DNA of 30,926 nt from an uncultured Clostridia bacterium (GTDB lineage Bacteria; Bacillota; Clostridia; Oscillospirales; Acutalibacteraceae), in NCBI GenBank assembly GCA_946186535.1, contig CAMHNT010000001.1:1-30926 (forward strand). Reading direction: 5' to 3'. A program made the position numbers and the translations under genes. Each line of letters begins with the position of its first letter. Position 1 is the stretch's first letter. Of the stretch, positions 26,565-30,926 are shown piece by piece. A model generated the notes under the pieces. The model saw only the letters and a program-made list of their open reading frames with translations, ran no database searches and was not told the origin of the DNA.

Positions 26565-28024
26565 TTTCCTGCCTCCTCAAGCGCATTGACTACCGCCTTA
26601 GCTTTGTTTATGCATTCCTGATATTCCTTTTCGGGAACGGAATCCGCAACGATTCCTGCGCCCGAGCGGACAAAAACTCTGCCGTTTTTCTTGAATGCAA
26701 GACGAATTGCAATGCATGTATCCATATCGCCGTTGAAGGCAAGATATCCGATAGCTCCGCCGTAAATGCCTCTCTTGTTGTTTTCGCTTTCGCTGATGAT
26801 CTCACAAGCCTTGATTTTCGGTGCGCCAGAAAGCGTGCCGGCAGGAAGAACCGCTCCGATTGCGTCGAGTCCGTCACAGTCCTCACGGATCTCGCCGCTT
26901 ACGGCCGAACCGATATGCATAACGTGTGAGTAGCGTTCGATGTTCATGTACTTGTCAACTCTTACGGTACCGAACTTCGATATTTTTCCCAGATCGTTTC
27001 TGCCGAGGTCGACGAGCATATTGTGCTCCGCAAGCTCCTTCTCGTCTGCGAGAAGCTCCTTTTCAAGTGCAATATCCTCTTCTTCCGTTTTTCCTCTCGG
27101 ACGTGTTCCGGCGAGCGGATACGTCGTAACGGTATTGTTTTCAAGCTTCACGAGAGTTTCGGGAGAAGCGCCTGCGATTTCAACGTCGTCGCTTGAGAAA
27201 TAGAACATATACGGAGAAGGATTTGTTTCCCTGAGCGTGCAGTATGTGTAGAACAGACTTCCCTCGTATTTTGCGGCAACTCTGTTTGAAAGAACGACCT
27301 GGAAAATATCTCCTTCGAAGATTCTGTGCTTTGCGTTTTCAACCATATCACAGAAAGCTTCCTTGTCAAAAAGCGGAGCGAGCGGCTCAAGGAGTCTGCC
27401 CTTTTCCTCACGCTTAGTCTCACCGTCGGCAAGTATCCTCGACATAGCCTTAAGGTCGAGCAAAGCCTTGTTGTAGCTTGTTTCAAGGTCATCGGTCTTG
27501 ACGTTTACGATATAGATAATCTCGTTTTTCTCGTTGTCAACGGCGATGACTTTGTCAAAAAGCATAAGGTCAACGTCACAGAAATTCTCTTCGTCGAGAA
27601 TATCGAAATTAAGCTGCGGTTCGCTGTATTTAATATAATCAAAAGCGAAGTAGCCGACCAGACCGCCCGTGAACGGAGGAAGATTTTCAATCTTCGGAGA
27701 CTTGTTTTCATCGAGAATTTTCCGGATATAGAAGTTAGGGTCAGAGTTCTCGAAGGTCAGGTCTGTTCCCGAACGAAGTCTGACGCTGCCGTTTCTGCAT
27801 GTAAGCTCCAGACTCGGGTCGAAGCCTAAAAATGTATAGCGGCCGTTCGGCGTATTTTTCTCTGCCGAATCGAGAATGAAAACATTGTGACTGATATTTT
27901 TCAGGATCCTGTAAATTTCGATTTCGGAAATGCTGCATTTTTCTGTGAAAGTCAACGGAACCGACCTGAATTCTCCGCTTTCTGCAAGCTTAAAGATTTC
28001 TTCCTTTAACGGATAAAAACTCAT
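26561..28024 (-). CDS. trpE: Anthranilate synthase component I
   Basis: GDIFQVVLS, NPSPYM, GTRPRG, EHNMLVDLGRNDL; true start ATG 28024 after SD AGGAGG; the ORF-track extension lies in the T-box leader. Confidence 0.95.
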   Translation of the reverse strand: MSFYPLKEEIFKLAESGEFRSVPLTFTEKCSISEIEIYRILKNISHNVFILDSAEKNTPNGRYTFLGFDPSLELTCRNGSVRLRSGTDLTFENSDPNFYIRKILDENKSPKIENLPPFTGGLVGYFAFDYIKYSEPQLNFDILDEENFCDVDLMLFDKVIAVDNEKNEIIYIVNVKTDDLETSYNKALLDLKAMSRILADGETKREEKGRLLEPLAPLFDKEAFCDMVENAKHRIFEGDIFQVVLSNRVAAKYEGSLFYTYCTLRETNPSPYMFYFSSDDVEIAGASPETLVKLENNTVTTYPLAGTRPRGKTEEEDIALEKELLADEKELAEHNMLVDLGRNDLGKISKFGTVRVDKYMNIERYSHVMHIGSAVSGEIREDCDGLDAIGAVLPAGTLSGAPKIKACEIISESENNKRGIYGGAIGYLAFNGDMDTCIAIRLAFKKNGRVFVRSGAGIVADSVPEKEYQECINKAKAVVNALEEAGK

Positions 28025-28057
28025 ATTGATAACCTCCTGTAATTGTCGGAGAACGAC

Positions 28058-28360
28058 AAAAAAACCGTCCCCGACAGATAGTAAAAAATCTGTCAAGGAC
28101 GGATAATAATTCACCCGTGGTGCCACCTTGATTTACGGCGAAAAGCCGTACACTCTGCGAAATACTGACATATTTCCGGCTACTGACGTAAGCCAACACG
28201 TCATAGAATACTCGGCACTGTCCGCATTAAAAGCATATGCGGAAAAGCCTTTGACTATGCCCTCAGCGACCCATTTAATAAGCAGTAACCGCCCGGTTCC
28301 CAGCACCCCGAGCTCTCTGTGCGTTCTTTTCTTATTTTTATCTTCGCCTCAACGGTTTTA
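28058..28360 (-). promoter_or_regulatory. Trp T-box riboswitch leader with terminator
   Basis: Stem I elements AGAGAG and GGTGCTGGGAACC, specifier UGG at 28271-28273, T-box AAGGTGGCACCACGG at 28115-28129, terminator ccgtcc..gacagat..atctgtc..ggacgg + T7 at 28058-28102. Confidence 0.92.
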
Positions 28361-28378
28361 TGTTAAATTGTAATTTTT

Positions 28379-28407
28379 ATTGTATCACTTTATAAAAATG
28401 ATGTCAA
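28379..28407 (-). promoter_or_regulatory. SigA promoter of the trp operon
   Basis: TTGACA-17-TACAAT with an extended TG. Confidence 0.85.
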
Positions 28408-28432
28408 GACATTTTTTGAATATTTGTGCAAT

Positions 28433-28651
28433 GCATTTTTAAGAAGTAATATGATGTTAAGGGCTTCGCCCTTAAAAAAACACCGCACTGCAATAGGAAC
28501 ACCTTTGGTGTTCCGTCGCCGTCTCTGCCTCTTGACTCCGCCAGTACCCCAAAGGCACTTCCTTCGGGGCGCATTTTGAAAAAGCTGGGCAAAAACTTTA
28601 CCGGTTCTCTTTCAGACATTTTACGCAATTTTCATATTTGCTCATTTATAG
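28433..28651 (+). repeat. Modular palindromic element, copy L7
   Basis: gcatttttaagaagtaatatgatgttaagggcttcgcccttaa head, ccgccagtaccccaaaggcacttccttcggggcgc shared with L1, terminal module, tail atttgctcatttatag. Confidence 0.85.
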
Positions 28652-28655
28652 TTTA

Positions 28656-29255
28656 TTACTTCGCATTCTTAATAAACTCAAAATTATCCTTAATATAAAT
28701 CACGCCCGAAACAACCGTCAGCACAGCCGACATCCAGAGAAGCGACTGATTGACAATATTCATTATATTCTGCATACTCGAAATTGTTTCAGCCGGCGCA
28801 CTAAAAACGCCCATTGAAAACAGCTCCAGAATATAGCCGCTTAGAAGCACGACAATTATCGCGATCATCTGACTTACCGTCTTCGCCTTGCCCCAGATAT
28901 TTGCGGCGACTACCTTACCGCTTTCAACCGCAACAAGCCTTATCGACGTAACGGTAAACTCCCTGAAAAGCACGAGGATTATAAAAACCGCATTAACAAT
29001 GTTCAGCTGAATGAAACATGCGAACGCCGAAATAACGAGGATCTTGTCCGCAAGCGGATCGGCGAATTTTCCGAAATCGGTGACCATATTATATTTTCTC
29101 GCAATCTTTCCGTCGAGCATATCCGTAATAGATGCGACCGCAAATATTATCAGCGCTATCAGATAATGATGCGGTATATTCTCAAGCAAAAGAAACACTA
29201 CGAAAAACGGCACCAAAATAATTCTCAAAAGAGTAAGTTTGTTAGGTAAATTCAA
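28656..29255 (-). CDS. pgsA: CDP-diacylglycerol--glycerol-3-phosphate 3-phosphatidyltransferase
   Basis: NLPNKLTLLR, TDMLDGKIARK, FGKFADPLADK, REF; TTG 29255 after SD GGGGGAG. Confidence 0.95.
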   Translation of the reverse strand: MNLPNKLTLLRIILVPFFVVFLLLENIPHHYLIALIIFAVASITDMLDGKIARKYNMVTDFGKFADPLADKILVISAFACFIQLNIVNAVFIILVLFREFTVTSIRLVAVESGKVVAANIWGKAKTVSQMIAIIVVLLSGYILELFSMGVFSAPAETISSMQNIMNIVNQSLLWMSAVLTVVSGVIYIKDNFEFIKNAK

Positions 29256-29286
29256 TTCTGCTCCCCCATTCATTTTCGATATCCAC

Positions 29287-29371
29287 GCAAGCTTTTTGAA
29301 AAAAGCCTGGCAAAAACTGTAACCGTCCTCTTTTCAACTTTTTGTGCAATTTGAAAATTTGCTTATTTATA
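29287..29371 (+). repeat. Terminal fragment of the element family, L8
   Basis: cgcaagctttttgaaaaaagcctggcaaaaactgtaaccgtcctc...atttgcttatttata parallels 28572-28651. Confidence 0.7.
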
Positions 29372-29412
29372 TTTTTAAAAAGCCATATCTAATCGGACAG
29401 CTCCGGTCTCTG

Positions 29413-30744
29413 TCAGTAAAGCATCTCGCCGATCGGGTCACAGTCGAGGAAATCATCGACCCTGACTCTGATTATGTCTCCCTCTCTCGGCTTTGCGTCG
29501 GAGCATGTGAAAAACACCTTTCCGTCAACGTCGGGCGAATCCGCCTTACTTCTTCCGAAGAAGCACTCGGCATAGCGATCGAATCCCTCAACGAGAACCT
29601 CAAGCTCTTTTCCGAGCAGAGCTTCGTTGTATTTCTCCATGATGAACTGCTGCTGTTCCATGAGAATTTCCGCACGGCGTTCCTTGACCTCTTCGTCAAT
29701 CTGATTCGGCATTCTTGCCGCAGGCGTATCCTCCTCCTGGGAATATGGGAAACAACCCATTCTTTCGAATTTTATATCGTTCACGAACTCGGAAAGCTCC
29801 GTGAACTGCTCCTCCGTCTCTCCGGGGAATCCCGTGATAAATGTCGTTCTGAGAACAAGTCCCGGAATTCTCTCTCTGAGCTTTTTAATAAGTTCCGTCA
29901 GCTCCTCGCGATTTCCCTTTCTGCACATTCTCTTTAAAACTGCACCGTCACAGTGCTGCAAAGGCATATCTATATATTTCAGAAGCTTATCCTCCGTCGC
30001 AAAAACATCGATAAGTTCATCGGTAATACATTCTGGATAGCAGTAAAGAACTCTCACCCATTCAATACCGTCAATCTTACATAGCTCTCTCAGAAGCGCC
30101 GCAAGCCTGTATTCGCCGTAAAGATCAACGCCGTACTTTGTAGTATCCTGAGCGATAACGATAAGCTCCTTTACGCCGTTTTCGGCAAGCTGCTTCGCCT
30201 CGGCAACGATATTCTCCGTCTCACGGCTTCTGTAGCGGCCTCTTATCATCGGTATCGCACAGTATGTACATTTGTTGTCGCAGCCCTCGGCTATTTTTAG
30301 ATACGCATAATAGTACGACGTACTCTGAATTCTTCCTCCCTCAAGCGGCAGCTGACGCTTGTCTGGGAAAGTCTCAACCTTTTCTTTTTCGAGAACCTTT
30401 GCGACAACGCTTGCGATATCCACGTTTCCGCCGATGCCGACTACGGCGTCTATCTCATAAAGCTCCTTCATCATCTGATCTCTGTATCTTTCGGCAAGAC
30501 ATCCCGTTGCGATGATAGCTTTTATTTTTCCTTCTTTTTTAAGCAGCGCAAGCTCCAGTATTTCGTCAATACTTTCCTGCTTTGCGCTCTCAATAAAACC
30601 GCATGTGTTGACGATAGCGACGTCCGCCATAGCGACGTCCTCAACGATTTTGTATCCTGCCTGACGAAGCGTAAAAAGCATCATCTCGGCGTCAACACGG
30701 TTCTTTGCACAGCCAAGGCTGACAATTCCGACTGTATATGCCAT
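29413..30744 (-). CDS. rimO: Ribosomal protein S12 methylthiotransferase
   Basis: SLGCAKN, IVNTCGFIESAKQES, radical-SAM CDNKCTYC, C-terminal TRAM with SPDVDG; upstream of pgsA. Confidence 0.95.
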   Translation of the reverse strand: MAYTVGIVSLGCAKNRVDAEMMLFTLRQAGYKIVEDVAMADVAIVNTCGFIESAKQESIDEILELALLKKEGKIKAIIATGCLAERYRDQMMKELYEIDAVVGIGGNVDIASVVAKVLEKEKVETFPDKRQLPLEGGRIQSTSYYYAYLKIAEGCDNKCTYCAIPMIRGRYRSRETENIVAEAKQLAENGVKELIVIAQDTTKYGVDLYGEYRLAALLRELCKIDGIEWVRVLYCYPECITDELIDVFATEDKLLKYIDMPLQHCDGAVLKRMCRKGNREELTELIKKLRERIPGLVLRTTFITGFPGETEEQFTELSEFVNDIKFERMGCFPYSQEEDTPAARMPNQIDEEVKERRAEILMEQQQFIMEKYNEALLGKELEVLVEGFDRYAECFFGRSKADSPDVDGKVFFTCSDAKPREGDIIRVRVDDFLDCDPIGEMLY

Positions 30745-30783
30745 TTCTCAATACCCCTCTCGAAACGTTGTTTTATTTTAATG

Positions 30784-30926
30784 CTATAAATGAGCAAATG
30801 GTTTTATAAAAATGCCACAGTGCGGCATTTTTCAGGAGTAATATTTTGTTAAGGGATTAGCCCTTAATATCCCACGAGGGCGCTGTACCCCAAGGGCACT
30901 TGGCTTCGCCGGCGCAACTCGACCTG
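30784..30926 (+). repeat. Modular palindromic element, copy L9 (cut by the window end)
   Basis: ctataaatgagcaaat, then head ttttataaaaatgccacagtgcggcatttttcaggagtaatattttgttaaggg, and gtaccccaagggcac module. Confidence 0.85.

Noticed and set aside
28025-28126. N-terminal extension of TrpE or a leader peptide
   Set aside because: The region is the T-box antiterminator/terminator; a strong SD precedes ATG 28024 and no Trp-codon-rich peptide is evident.
2658-30926. Repeats as a CRISPR array
   Set aside because: They are dispersed, not regularly spaced with unique spacers, and there are no cas genes.

Overview
A 30.9 kb chromosomal window of a low/mid-GC Firmicute; gene content and order suggest a Clostridia/Oscillospiraceae (Ruminococcus-like) host (inference). 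Plus-strand block: sua5-coaE-lytic transglycosylase, ymfF-ymfH (M16 peptidase pair), lgt. Minus-strand block: a gpx-TIGR03905-CDF-OhrR-like gene cluster with OhrR-type boxes over its promoter, a 57-aa ORF missed by the ORF track, a low-GC orphan, two identical tandem tRNA-Leu(GAG) transcription units, an ABC exporter pair, a zinc-ribbon/PASTA Ser/Thr kinase with a long, possibly structured leader, and coaX with an ECF S-component divergent from coaBC. A Trp T-box-controlled trpEGD-[3 unrelated genes]-trpCF-[repeat composite]-trpBA operon follows, then pgsA and rimO. No transposase, integrase or CRISPR array is present. The most unusual signal is non-coding: about ten copies or fragments of one family of modular palindromic interspersed elements (about 85-400 bp). 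They share a head module, a fixed series of hairpins whose stems show compensatory base changes, swappable internal hairpin modules and an AT-rich tail. All alignments and counts were done by eye.
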